DNA from: an uncultured Chloroflexia bacterium
GTDB taxonomy: Bacteria; Chloroflexota; Limnocylindria; Limnocylindrales; CSP1-4
Length of the DNA: 64,000 nt
Direction: 5' to 3'
Assembly (NCBI GenBank): GCA_963825995.1
Contig: CAWGVH010000001.1
Coordinates: 2,903-66,902, forward strand
The position numbers and the translations under genes were made by a program. Position 1 is the first letter of the stretch; the number at the start of each line of letters is the position of its first letter. Positions 1-8,526 of the stretch are shown one piece after another. The notes beneath the pieces were generated by a model. The model was given only the letters and a program-made list of their open reading frames with translations, did no database searches and was not told the DNA's origin.

Positions 1-274
1 GCGCGATGGCCCCAGCCAGCCCTTCGAGCAGGCGGTGGCTGCCGCTCTCGACCGTGCGGGTCGCGCACTCCACGAGGGGACCGTAGTCCACCGTGTCGGC
101 CAGCTCGTCCGACTCGCTGGCCGCGGAAAGGTCAGTCTCGACCTCGAGGTCGACCTCCAGGAGCTGTGGGAGTGCCCGTTCCTCCTCACTCACACCAAGA
201 CACCCCTCGAGACGCATCGAGCTCAGGATGATGCGGTCCATGCGCGACGCCTCCTCAACCTGCTGCCGGGTCAT
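1..274 (-). CDS. folB: dihydroneopterin aldolase, N-terminal part only (gene continues past the window start)
   Basis: Reverse translation from ATG 274 (alternative ATG 241) gives ..MDRIILSSMRLEGCLGVSEEERALPQLLEVDLEVETDLSAASESDELADTVDYGPLVECATRTVESGSHRLLEGLAGAIA. This matches the FolB pattern (GV..EE....VDL......SD.L.DTVDY....LLE.LA). It lies directly downstream of folP. It is not in the ORF track because it runs off the edge. Confidence 0.7.
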   Translation of the reverse strand, partial: MTRQQVEEASRMDRIILSSMRLEGCLGVSEEERALPQLLEVDLEVETDLSAASESDELADTVDYGPLVECATRTVESGSHRLLEGLAGAIA

Positions 275-1178
275 GCCACCCGCCCCGGATGATGGCATCA
301 CTCATGCGGGCGGCACGGACGTTGGCGGCCACGTCGTGGACGCGCACGATATCGACGAGCGCGGCGATGCCCAGCGCGGTCGTGGCCAGCGTGCCTTCCA
401 GACGCTCCGATACGGGCACGTCGAGGACCTTCCCGATGGTGGACTTGCGGCTGGTGCCCAGGAGGACCGGGCAGCCGAGTTCGTGGAGCGCGGCGAGGTT
501 GCCCAGCAGGTGAAGGTTCTGCTCGGCCGTCTTGCCGAAGCCGATACCCGGGTCGACGATGAGTCGTCCCTCGGCACAACCCGCCTCGCGAGCTCGTCGA
601 AGCGCAGCGCGCAGGTCCTCGACCACCTCGCGCACGACGTCGTGGTAGACCGGCACCGCACGGCTGTGCATGAGGATGTAGGGCGCGCCATGTGCCGCCG
701 CGACGCGGGCCAGCGCCGCCCGGGCGATCACGGCCGTGACGTCGTTGACGATGTCGGCGCCCGCCGCGATCGCCGCCTCCGCCACCCTGACCTTGCTCGT
801 GTCGATGCTGATGGGCAGGTCCGGAGACCGGGCGCGGAGAGCAGCCACCACGCGAATCAGGCGAGCCAGCTCCTCCGGTTCGCTGACCGGGTCGTGGCCG
901 GGGCGCGTCGATTCAGCACCGATGTCGATGATGTCGGCGCCCTCCCCGACCATGCGCATGGCTTGGGTCACGGCAGCCTCAACGGCTGCCTCAGCGGCGA
1001 CGGCGGTCGCGACTGCTGGCACGGCCCCACCGTCCTCGGATAGCAGTCCATCGCCGCTGAAGGAATCGGGCGTCACGTTGATGATGCCCATCACGTACGT
1101 GCGCGAACCGAAGCGCAGATCGCAGCCACGGATCCGCAGTGGCGCGGGCAGCGGCCGAGTGAACGCGTCAGCCGGCAT
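255..1178 (-). CDS. folP: dihydropteroate synthase
   Basis: ORF 255..1556 trimmed to ATG 1178, because the upstream part overlaps folC. DHPS motifs are present: VMGIINVTPDSFSGDG, GADIIDIGAESTRPG, IDTSK, IVNDV, GTSRKS, VRVHDV. The start overlaps the folC stop by 11 nt. Confidence 0.9.
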   Translation of the reverse strand: MPADAFTRPLPAPLRIRGCDLRFGSRTYVMGIINVTPDSFSGDGLLSEDGGAVPAVATAVAAEAAVEAAVTQAMRMVGEGADIIDIGAESTRPGHDPVSEPEELARLIRVVAALRARSPDLPISIDTSKVRVAEAAIAAGADIVNDVTAVIARAALARVAAAHGAPYILMHSRAVPVYHDVVREVVEDLRAALRRAREAGCAEGRLIVDPGIGFGKTAEQNLHLLGNLAALHELGCPVLLGTSRKSTIGKVLDVPVSERLEGTLATTALGIAALVDIVRVHDVAANVRAARMSDAIIRGGWHDPAAG

Positions 1179-2481
1179 CGACGTCAGGCACGAGCCGGGC
1201 GCGCATGTGCCCCACGAGGTACAGCGAGCCCGTGATGACCAGGAGACCACCGGCCGCCTCGGCCAGCTCGCAGGCCCGCTGGAGGGCCTCATCAGCATCG
1301 TCGATGGCATCCCCGGTCGCGCGACCCGTAGCTGTCGCCCATGCCGCTGCCAGGTCGGAGGCGGGCAGCGAGCGATCGGAATCGGGCACACGCGTTGCCA
1401 GGCAGCTCGCCTCACGCAACCGTTCGGAGGTCGCGAGCGCCGAAGCCACCTCGCCCACGGCCTTGTCGGCCATGATCGCCAGCAGCAGCGTGACCGGGCC
1501 CGGCGGCAGGTGTGGTGCCAGCTCCTCGATCGCCGCGGCCAGCGCCGCGGCACCATCGGGGTTGTGAGCGCCGTCCAGCAGGACGGTCAGGCCATCGTGT
1601 TCCAGCACCTCCAGCCGGCCGGGCCAGCGCGTGCGCGCCAGGCCGGCCACCACGGCCTCGTCGGGGACCTCGGCCACGCCGGCCGCGGCAAGTGCGGCCA
1701 CGATCCCCAGCGCCACGGCGGCATTGGCAGCCTGGTGGCGACCCAGGAGCGGCACCTGGAACCTGCCCAGCCGCGGCGCCTGCAGGATCAGGCCGGAGAG
1801 GTCCATCCCAGCCACGTCCAGCGGATGGCAGACCGTCAGTGGGGCTCCGACCTCCCGGGCACGGGCCTCGATGACCACCAGCGCAGACCCGGAGGCCCCG
1901 GTCACGGCCTGACAGCCGGGCTTGATGATGGCCGCCTTCTCCGCCGCCACCGACTCCACGGTGCCACCCAGATATTCCTGGTGGTCGAGGCCCACGCTGG
2001 TGATGGCGGCCACCTGCGCAGACCACGTGTTCGAGGCGTCGAGCCGGCCGCCAAGGCCGACCTCCATGACCAGGACGTCGACGCCCCGGCGGGCCGCCCA
2101 CAGCCAGGCGGCTGCGGTCAGGAGCTCGAACTCGGTGGCCGGACCGTGCGTCGGTTCGCCCGGGGCACTGGCGCGCAGGACCTCTTCCAACAGGCCGTCC
2201 AGGTCGGAGTCGGCGATGGGGCGGCCGTCGACGAGGATGCGTTCGCGGTAGCTGGAGAGGTGCGGGCTGGGTGACTGGGCGGTGGAACGGCCGGCTGCCT
2301 GGAGCACGGATGCCACCATCGCGGCCACGCTGCCCTTGCCGTTGGTGCCGCCCACGAGCACGCCTCGCAGGGCCTGCTGTGGGTCGCCGAGCTCGGCCAG
2401 GAGGGCACTCATGCGCTCCAGGCCCAGGCGGATGCCGATCGGGCCGCGGGCGTGGATGCGGGTCAGTGCGTCGGCCGGCAC
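1168..2481 (-). CDS. folC: bifunctional folylpolyglutamate synthase / dihydrofolate synthase
   Basis: Mur-ligase-type sequence with LVGGTNGKGS P-loop, ITSVGLDHQEYLG and LLDGAHNPDG. I place the start at in-frame GTG 2481 (VPADALTRIHARGPIGIRLGLERM..), one base after the stop of the upstream small ORF. This gives a typical length of about 437 aa. Confidence 0.85.
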   Translation of the reverse strand: MPADALTRIHARGPIGIRLGLERMSALLAELGDPQQALRGVLVGGTNGKGSVAAMVASVLQAAGRSTAQSPSPHLSSYRERILVDGRPIADSDLDGLLEEVLRASAPGEPTHGPATEFELLTAAAWLWAARRGVDVLVMEVGLGGRLDASNTWSAQVAAITSVGLDHQEYLGGTVESVAAEKAAIIKPGCQAVTGASGSALVVIEARAREVGAPLTVCHPLDVAGMDLSGLILQAPRLGRFQVPLLGRHQAANAAVALGIVAALAAAGVAEVPDEAVVAGLARTRWPGRLEVLEHDGLTVLLDGAHNPDGAAALAAAIEELAPHLPPGPVTLLLAIMADKAVGEVASALATSERLREASCLATRVPDSDRSLPASDLAAAWATATGRATGDAIDDADEALQRACELAEAAGGLLVITGSLYLVGHMRARLVPDVDAG

Positions 2482-2482
2482 G

Positions 2483-2779
2483 TCAGAAGGCCGCGATCTC
2501 TTCCTCGTAGAAGACGCACTGGTTGAAGCGTGCCGAGAGGCAGACATCGGTGACGTAGCCGGCGTCGAGATGAACGCCGCCGCGCACTTGACAGCGTGCG
2601 ACGGTGCCCTCATGCCGCATGTAGGCCTTGAGCAGGTGAGGTGTCTGGACTGGGATCGTGCCACGGGGTCCGGTCATGTAGTAGTGCGGGCAGACATTGC
2701 GCCGCAGGTTGGGCAGGCCGAAGGGGATGGTCGGTCGAAGGACGGCCAGCTGGGTGGCCGTCGCCATCGCGCGTGGCAT
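2483..2779 (-). CDS. hypothetical small Cys-containing protein (about 94-98 aa), translationally coupled to folC
   Basis: This is the C-terminal segment of ORF 2483..3943 and has good GC3 bias. Candidate starts are ATG 2779 or 2767 (MPRAMATATQLAVLRPTIPFGLPNLRRNVCPHYYMTGPRG...CQVRGG...CLSARFNQCVFYEEEIAAF). The rest of the long ORF is antisense to a better plus-strand gene. I do not recognise the family. Confidence 0.5.
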   Translation of the reverse strand: MPRAMATATQLAVLRPTIPFGLPNLRRNVCPHYYMTGPRGTIPVQTPHLLKAYMRHEGTVARCQVRGGVHLDAGYVTDVCLSARFNQCVFYEEEIAAF

Positions 2780-2957
2780 GCTCGGCACAACGCGCGCGAT
2801 GGGGCCCGCTGGCGGACGCGGCGGCGCGCTGCCGACCGAACTCGAGCGAGACCCGCGGTCGCGGTTCGATGGCACCCCACGCTCGTCTGGGTTCACGCGT
2901 TTCCCTCTCCAGGCCCCCACCGAAGTGTTCCACTCTAGCGTGCCACAATCTGAAGGG

Positions 2958-4124
2958 ATGGACGAAGCCACTTCACGGGCGCTCCCGCCGACCCGCAGGA
3001 TGGCGTCAGCGAAGCCCCCGTCGGTCGTCCGCGGACGCTCCGGCACCGGCCCAGCCCCGGGTCCCGGCAGGAGCGACGGGGATGAGATCTCCCGCGCTCG
3101 CTGGGCCGGCGTGGCGCTCGTCATCGCCGCGCTGCTGGGTGCCATCAGCCTGGCCATATTCAGCCCCAGTGAGGGCGCCCTCCCGTCACGGCCGGGATCC
3201 ACGGCCGTGAGCGCCTCGGCTTCTCCGCAGGCCACCACCCTGGACAACCGCCTGCCCTCGACACAGGCGGAGATCACGTCACCCAAGGCGGGCTGGATCA
3301 TCGGCGAGTGGTACGTCGACGTGGCCGTGGCTGTCCCCGAAGAGACGCTGCCCCGGCGACTGCTCTCGCTCGTCGTGCTGCGCGACGGCACAGAGGTCAA
3401 GAGCCTCGATCGGCCGGACGTCGGACGCACGGTCACCGTGCCTGACGTGCCACTGGCGGCCGGCCAGAATGTGCTGACGGCCGCGCTGCGCGGACCGGGT
3501 GGCCTCGGTCCCGCGTCGGAGCCGGTGATCGTGACCCAGGACCGTGATGCGCCGGTCCTGCGCATCACCGCTCCCAAGACTGGGCTCGAGACGATCGAGT
3601 CAAGCGTCACCGTCACCGGCACTTCGGAGCCGGGCGCATCCGTCAGCGTGGCCAACACCGCCAACCGCTGGGACACAGACATCGGCGTTGGACCCAGCGG
3701 CGACTTCGAGGTCAAGGTGCCGCTGGCCATGGGCCGCAACCGCATCGCTGTCAGCTCCACCGACGCGGCTGGCATGGAGCAGCGCGACGCCATCGCCGTC
3801 GTGCGCAAGGACGGCCGGCCCGTCATCAAGATCACCGCACCCAAGCAGGTGGCACGATCAGAGCTGCCCAAGCTGATCCGGATCGCTGTGGACGTCACCG
3901 ACGCGGATGGTGCCGAGCTGCAGGATGCGACCGTGTCGTACACGCTCGGCGGCCCCGGGTGGACGGCCCAGGACTTCGAGGATCAGACCGACGCCGATGG
4001 CCGCTCGTCCTGGGAGGTCGAGCTGGTGGCTGGGGACTCAGGCAGCGATCCCACCCTCGGGGTGGAGGTCATCGCTCCCAACGGCGAGAAGAACCAGGCC
4101 AGCCGGGTCATCGAGATCTCCTGA
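2958..4124 (+). CDS. membrane-anchored extracytoplasmic protein with Ig-like/beta-sandwich repeats
   Basis: ORF 2697..4124 trimmed to ATG 2958, which is preceded by GAAGGG. It has one N-terminal TM segment (WAGVALVIAALLGAISLAIF). After it come repeated segments of the type PVLRITAPKTG..VTVTGTSEPGASVSV / PVIKITAPK.. Confidence 0.65.
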   Translation: MDEATSRALPPTRRMASAKPPSVVRGRSGTGPAPGPGRSDGDEISRARWAGVALVIAALLGAISLAIFSPSEGALPSRPGSTAVSASASPQATTLDNRLPSTQAEITSPKAGWIIGEWYVDVAVAVPEETLPRRLLSLVVLRDGTEVKSLDRPDVGRTVTVPDVPLAAGQNVLTAALRGPGGLGPASEPVIVTQDRDAPVLRITAPKTGLETIESSVTVTGTSEPGASVSVANTANRWDTDIGVGPSGDFEVKVPLAMGRNRIAVSSTDAAGMEQRDAIAVVRKDGRPVIKITAPKQVARSELPKLIRIAVDVTDADGAELQDATVSYTLGGPGWTAQDFEDQTDADGRSSWEVELVAGDSGSDPTLGVEVIAPNGEKNQASRVIEIS

Positions 4125-4178
4125 AGGCGGCTTGACCTGCCGGGGCCCGCTCCCGGCGCGTCGGAGCTTGGCTCCCCG

Positions 4179-4667
4179 TCAGCCGTGATCCTGTCCAGAG
4201 CGGCGCCGCAGCTCGGAGACGAGGGTGCCCGCGGGGGCCACGTGCGGCGCCTCGACGAGCCGGCCCCGACGCTCGGAGCGAGCCTGGTCGACCTCGCCAT
4301 CCACAGGCTGCTGGACGGACCGGAGCGCGGACACACCAGCCGGTGCGCCGGGCGCTGGCACTGCCGTGGCCACCGTCGAGGGCGACAGCAGGGCGTCCAG
4401 GAGGCCGCCGTCGGGCCCGGAGGTCGCGCCGAGGCTCACCCAGCAGGGACGGACCTCGTGCCCCCCGAGGGGTTCGCGGGTCGGGTCGGTGGCGCAGAAG
4501 GCCAGGGCGCCCACGAACGAGGGCCGGAAGTAGTGGCAGCTGGCGCACGACACGGCTGCGCGAGAGCAGCCGCGGCAGCGCGAGGTCTCAGGCTGCAGGG
4601 TGCGGCAGTGCGGGCAACGCCAGGTCGGAGCATCGGGGATGCGTTCCACGGGGTCGAAGATCGACAT
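4179..4667 (-). CDS. hypothetical Cys-rich (zinc-ribbon-like) protein
   Basis: ORF 4179..4946 trimmed to ATG 4667, because the upstream part overlaps the kinase gene. The sequence MSIFDPVERIPDAPTWRCPHCRTLQPETSRCRGCSRAAVSCASCHYF.. has several CxxC pairs. The start codon (4667) lies 31 nt downstream of the kinase stop (4699). Confidence 0.55.
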   Translation of the reverse strand: MSIFDPVERIPDAPTWRCPHCRTLQPETSRCRGCSRAAVSCASCHYFRPSFVGALAFCATDPTREPLGGHEVRPCWVSLGATSGPDGGLLDALLSPSTVATAVPAPGAPAGVSALRSVQQPVDGEVDQARSERRGRLVEAPHVAPAGTLVSELRRRSGQDHG

Positions 4668-4698
4668 GGTCAGTCGCGTTGGGTGGCCGGCAGGCGCC

Positions 4699-6504
4699 CT
4701 ACGGGCAGGCCGTCTGCGGGTCGCCGAGGACGAGATCGACGTTGGAGCCCACGGGCACCATCGCGCCGGCTTTCGGCAATTGGTCGTGCACAAGCCAGGC
4801 GTCGCCTGGCGCGGGATCGCTCGGGATGACAGCCCCAACGAGCAGCTCGGCCTCCTCGATGTGGCCGCGCGCCTCAGCCAGGGTGAGGCACAGGAAGTCA
4901 CCCACCAGCGCCGACTGCTGCGACGGGAAGGGCGAGGGCGTGACACGCGGACGGAGCGTCGGCACTTGTCGCGGCGTGGAGGCCGGCGCGGCCGTCGCGC
5001 CCAGGCCGCGGCCAGTGGAGATCACGTAGTCCACGGCCGAGCCGCGTGTCAGCGATCCGCCGGGCCCGGGGTCCGTGGTGATGACGTAGCCCTCGGGCAA
5101 TAGGTCGTCCGCGATGTAGCGCATGCCCAGCTTCAGGCCCGCAGCTTCCAGCAGGGCGATGGCCCTGTCCTCCTTGATGCCGTGCACGTCAGGCACCACG
5201 ACGGTCTCCACCTCCGTGCCGACCGTCACCTGGATCAGAGTGCCGCTCGGAACCTGGACTCCGGGGCCGGGCAGCTGATCGATGACCAGGCCCACCTCGT
5301 TGTTCGATGCAACGTAGTCGGCCTCCACGACGAGGCCGCGTCGCCGGGCGACGTTGGCTGCGTCGCTCTCCGTGCGACCAACCAGCTGTGGGGTCCTGAC
5401 CAGGGCCACACCGCCCGTGGCTGTCGGGCTGGGCGCCGCGGCGCTGTCGCCGATGCCGCTGAAGAGGATGAAGAGCAGGATGCCGGATGCCACGATGACG
5501 AGCAGCCCGAGACCCGCGGCTGCCCAGGCCAAGGGGCCAGACCTGGAATGACCATGAGCCGCCGCTGCGGGCTGTCCCACCGACCCGGGGACGGATCCCC
5601 TGGACGCGACGCTCCCAGGGATGGGGACTGGGAGGCTGGCGCCTGGCGCGGTGCCCGCGGCAGCGAACGCCGACGCCCCTGACGGATCGGCGACGAAGCG
5701 CGTCAGGGCCATCGAGAGCTCCGACGCGGAAGGCCGCGCGGCCGGATCGATGGCCAGACACCAGCGCACGATGGCGTCCAGGGCCGGTGGCGTGTCAGCT
5801 CGCACCAGCGTCGGCGACGGCACGCTGCCGCTCAGGCGCGCCACGGCCACGGCGGCCGGCGAATCACCGGAGAATGGACGCTGGCCGGTGAGAAGCTCGT
5901 ACATCACGAGCCCCAGCGAGTAGATATCGGAGGCCGGGCTGGCGGTGTCCCCACGTGCCTGTTCCGGGCTGAAGTAGAGAACGCTGCCGAGCGTGATGCC
6001 GGTCGAGGTGACGGGTGAGCGGGCGGCAACGTGGGCGATGCCGAAATCGGCCACCTGCACCCGGCCGTCCGGCGAGAGCAGGATGTTGCTGGGCTTGATG
6101 TCGCGGTGGATAAGCCCCCGAGCATGCGCCGCCGCGAGAGCGTCGGCCACCTGCTGGCCGATGCGCGCCACGGCGGTCGGGGGCAGCGCGCCGTGCTCGC
6201 CGAGCGCCACGGAGAGGTCGCCGCCGGTCACCTGCTCCATGACGATGTAGGGTCCGGCCGGGTCGGTCCCGAAGTCGTAGACCTGCACGATATTGGGATG
6301 GCTGAGGGAGGCGGCCGCCCGTGCCTCGTGTCGGAAGCGCTCGACGAACTGGGCGTCGCTGCCGTACTCCGGGCGCAGCACCTTGACGGCCACCTCGCGC
6401 CCGAGCTTGCTGTCCGTGGCGCGGAAGATGGTGGCCATGCCACCCTGGCCCAGGACCTGGTCCAGTCGGTAGCGGCCAGCCAGGACCCGGCCGAGCTCAG
6501 CCAC
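4699..6504 (-). CDS. PknB-like Ser/Thr protein kinase with C-terminal PASTA domains
   Basis: Hanks kinase motifs are present: GQGGMATIF, AVKVL, HRDIKPSNILL, DFGIA, SPEQARG. A TM segment (AAAGLGLLVIVASGILLFILF) follows, then three PASTA-like units (VRTPQLVG.., VVVPDVHG.., VGDFLCLTLAEA..). Confidence 0.92.
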   Translation of the reverse strand: MAELGRVLAGRYRLDQVLGQGGMATIFRATDSKLGREVAVKVLRPEYGSDAQFVERFRHEARAAASLSHPNIVQVYDFGTDPAGPYIVMEQVTGGDLSVALGEHGALPPTAVARIGQQVADALAAAHARGLIHRDIKPSNILLSPDGRVQVADFGIAHVAARSPVTSTGITLGSVLYFSPEQARGDTASPASDIYSLGLVMYELLTGQRPFSGDSPAAVAVARLSGSVPSPTLVRADTPPALDAIVRWCLAIDPAARPSASELSMALTRFVADPSGASAFAAAGTAPGASLPVPIPGSVASRGSVPGSVGQPAAAAHGHSRSGPLAWAAAGLGLLVIVASGILLFILFSGIGDSAAAPSPTATGGVALVRTPQLVGRTESDAANVARRRGLVVEADYVASNNEVGLVIDQLPGPGVQVPSGTLIQVTVGTEVETVVVPDVHGIKEDRAIALLEAAGLKLGMRYIADDLLPEGYVITTDPGPGGSLTRGSAVDYVISTGRGLGATAAPASTPRQVPTLRPRVTPSPFPSQQSALVGDFLCLTLAEARGHIEEAELLVGAVIPSDPAPGDAWLVHDQLPKAGAMVPVGSNVDLVLGDPQTACP

Positions 6505-6552
6505 GCTGCCTGCCCCCCGGAAGACCTGCGGGACCGATGGGCTCGGCCGACG

Positions 6553-7431
6553 TCACCGCAGGTCGAGCCCCGCCAGGTAGGTGCGGAGCTCGGAACCGAA
6601 CTCCTCGCGATCCAAGGCCAGCTCCAGGGACGCCTTGAGCCAGCCCATCGTCGTCCCGGCGTCGTGTCGCGTGCCCTCGAACGCGTAGCAGAAGACCTCT
6701 TGCTCCTGCATGAGCGCTTCGATGGCATCTGTGAGCTGGACCTCACCGCCGGCGCCGGCCGGCGTCTGCTCGAGCTTGGCGAAGATCTTGGGCGTCAGGA
6801 CGTAGCGCCCGATGATGGCCAGGTTGCTGGGAGCCCGGTCCGGCGCAGGCTTCTCCACCACGCCCCTGATGCGGCTGAGGCGGGCATCATCGTGTTCCCA
6901 GGCGGGGTCCACGTCGACGATGCCGTAGCGATGGGTCTCGTCGTGTGGCACGGGCATGACGGCGAGCGTCGAGCCGCCCGTGAGCTGATAGGACTCCACG
7001 AGCTGGCCGATGCAGGGCCGTGGACCGGTCACGACGTCATCGGAGAGGATGACTGCAAACGGTTCGTGGCCGACGAGCTCCTTGGCCATGAGCACCGCGT
7101 GGCCCAACCCAAGCTGCTCCTTCTGGCGCACGTAGCTCACCTGCGCCATGTCGCCGATACGACGCACCCGGCGCAGCATCTCGATGTCGCCGCGCGCCTC
7201 GAGGAGCGATTCCAGCTCGAAGCTGTGGTCGAAATGATCCTCGATGGCACGCTTCTGGCTGCTCGTGACGATGATGACCTGCTCGATGCCGGCCGCCACC
7301 GCCTCCTCGACGGCGTACTGGATGACCGGCTTGTCGACCAGGGGCAGCATCTCCTTGGGCTGCGCCTTGGTGGCGGGCAGGAAGCGTGTGCCCCAGCCCG
7401 CGGCGGGAAAGACTGCCTTGCGAACGCGCAT
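6553..7431 (-). CDS. galU: UTP--glucose-1-phosphate uridylyltransferase
   Basis: ORF trimmed to ATG 7431, which has a GGAGG RBS. MRVRKAVFPAAGWGTRFLPATKAQPKEMLPLVDKPVIQY.. is the GalU signature. Confidence 0.9.
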   Translation of the reverse strand: MRVRKAVFPAAGWGTRFLPATKAQPKEMLPLVDKPVIQYAVEEAVAAGIEQVIIVTSSQKRAIEDHFDHSFELESLLEARGDIEMLRRVRRIGDMAQVSYVRQKEQLGLGHAVLMAKELVGHEPFAVILSDDVVTGPRPCIGQLVESYQLTGGSTLAVMPVPHDETHRYGIVDVDPAWEHDDARLSRIRGVVEKPAPDRAPSNLAIIGRYVLTPKIFAKLEQTPAGAGGEVQLTDAIEALMQEQEVFCYAFEGTRHDAGTTMGWLKASLELALDREEFGSELRTYLAGLDLR

Positions 7432-7578
7432 CCATCCTCCATGGGCGCTGGCCGGTCCGAGCCCGGACCAGGCGGTCGGCACGGGCGTCCCCAACGGGAG
7501 TGGCCCCGAGTGTAGCGCGGGGCGTGGCGGCTCGGCCGTGCCGGTCGGCCGGGCTCCGGGGTGCCGGTGGCCCATCTC

Positions 7579-8526
7579 TCAGGCGGGCTGCGTGCTCGGC
7601 AGTGGGGCCGGCTGGCGGTGCACCTGGGCCAGCAGGCTGCCGGCTAACACGAGCGCTCCCCCAACGAGCTGCACGAAGGCCGGCCGCTCTGCGAGCAGCA
7701 TGGCAGCCAGCAGGACCGCGACGACCGGCTCGAGCAGCATGAGGATGGAGGCCCGCGTGGGACCAAGGCGGCGGTAACCGGCCAGGACCGCTGCGGTCGG
7801 GATGGCCAACCCGATGGTGGCCGCCAGGACGAGCCAGATCCAGGCGCCTTCGGCGGTGAATGGCTCGGCCAGCATCGAGGCCGCGCCCGCGAGGAGCGCG
7901 ACGCCGACGAACCCGATGGCCTGGATGACCGATAGAGCGGCGGCCGCCTGGGGGGCCGGGAGCGACGAGTAGCCACGCCCTGCGATGAGCGAGTGGATGG
8001 CCTGGGCGACTGCTGCCAACAGGCCCAGGAGCAGTCCGATGGCGGACACGTCGGCGTCCCCCTGGCCCAGCATGGGGACCACGACGACAAGCACGAGGCC
8101 GGCCGAGGCCAAGGCCAACGCCGCCACCCGCAGCGCCGTGAGCGGCTCATGGTAGACGCGCGTGGCAGCCACGGCCACGATGACCGGGTAGGTGTAGAAG
8201 CAGATGAGCACGAGCGCGATGCTGGCGTACTCGAAGCCCGTGAAGACGGCCAGGTTGATGACCACGTTGAGGATGGCCACGGTACTGATCTGGAGCCAGT
8301 GCTTCGGCGGCACGCCCGCGAAGCGCACTGAGCGGATGAGGCCCAAACCCAGGGCCAGGGCCACCGAAACGACCAGGATGAGCGCCCCGAGTAGCGCGCG
8401 CCAGGTCACGAAGGTGATGGTGGAGATGCCTGCCTCCGTCGCGAAGCGCGAGAGCACCCCGAGCGTGCCATAGCCGACCGCGGCGATGACGATCAGCGAG
8501 GCGCCGGCGGCATTCGAGCGATTCAG
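7579..8526 (-). CDS. EamA/DMT-family transporter (start codon uncertain)
   Basis: The C-terminal ~315 aa of ORF 7579..9291 is a 10-TM EamA-like sequence (ASLIVIAAVGYGTLGV...). I saw no in-frame ATG or GTG in the roughly 25 codons inspected upstream of its first TM segment. The best candidate is CTG 8526, which overlaps the upstream stop (CTGA). Confidence 0.65.
   Translation of the reverse strand: MNRSNAAGASLIVIAAVGYGTLGVLSRFATEAGISTITFVTWRALLGALILVVSVALALGLGLIRSVRFAGVPPKHWLQISTVAILNVVINLAVFTGFEYASIALVLICFYTYPVIVAVAATRVYHEPLTALRVAALALASAGLVLVVVVPMLGQGDADVSAIGLLLGLLAAVAQAIHSLIAGRGYSSLPAPQAAAALSVIQAIGFVGVALLAGAASMLAEPFTAEGAWIWLVLAATIGLAIPTAAVLAGYRRLGPTRASILMLLEPVVAVLLAAMLLAERPAFVQLVGGALVLAGSLLAQVHRQPAPLPSTQPA

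Noticed and set aside
93-2274. Long plus-strand ORFs (93..1043, 736..2274) across the fol operon. Similar antisense or overlapping ORFs occur elsewhere, e.g. 6031..7515, 10177..11115, 13084..14319, 17559..18488, 19171..20322, 25325..26311, 27742..28932, 29955..31094, 49593..50654, 57471..59303 and 59815..60867
   Set aside because: Each lies opposite, or out of frame with, a gene that has clear family motifs. The translations are Arg/Gly/Pro/Ala-rich with no recognisable domains. This is the expected stop-codon paucity of high-GC sequence.
2780-3943. Upstream ~390 codons of minus-strand ORF 2483..3943
   Set aside because: This part is antisense to the better-supported plus-strand membrane/Ig-repeat gene (2958..4124) and its translation is Ser/Thr/Arg-rich. 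Only the last ~95 codons, outside that gene, look coding.
7579-8526. Possible N-terminal truncation or frameshift of the EamA transporter (no ATG or GTG near the first TM segment)
   Set aside because: The full 10-TM architecture is present in one frame. A CTG overlapping the upstream stop (CTGA) is a plausible coupled start. I found no out-of-frame homologous segment such as the ones seen in folD and fhs.
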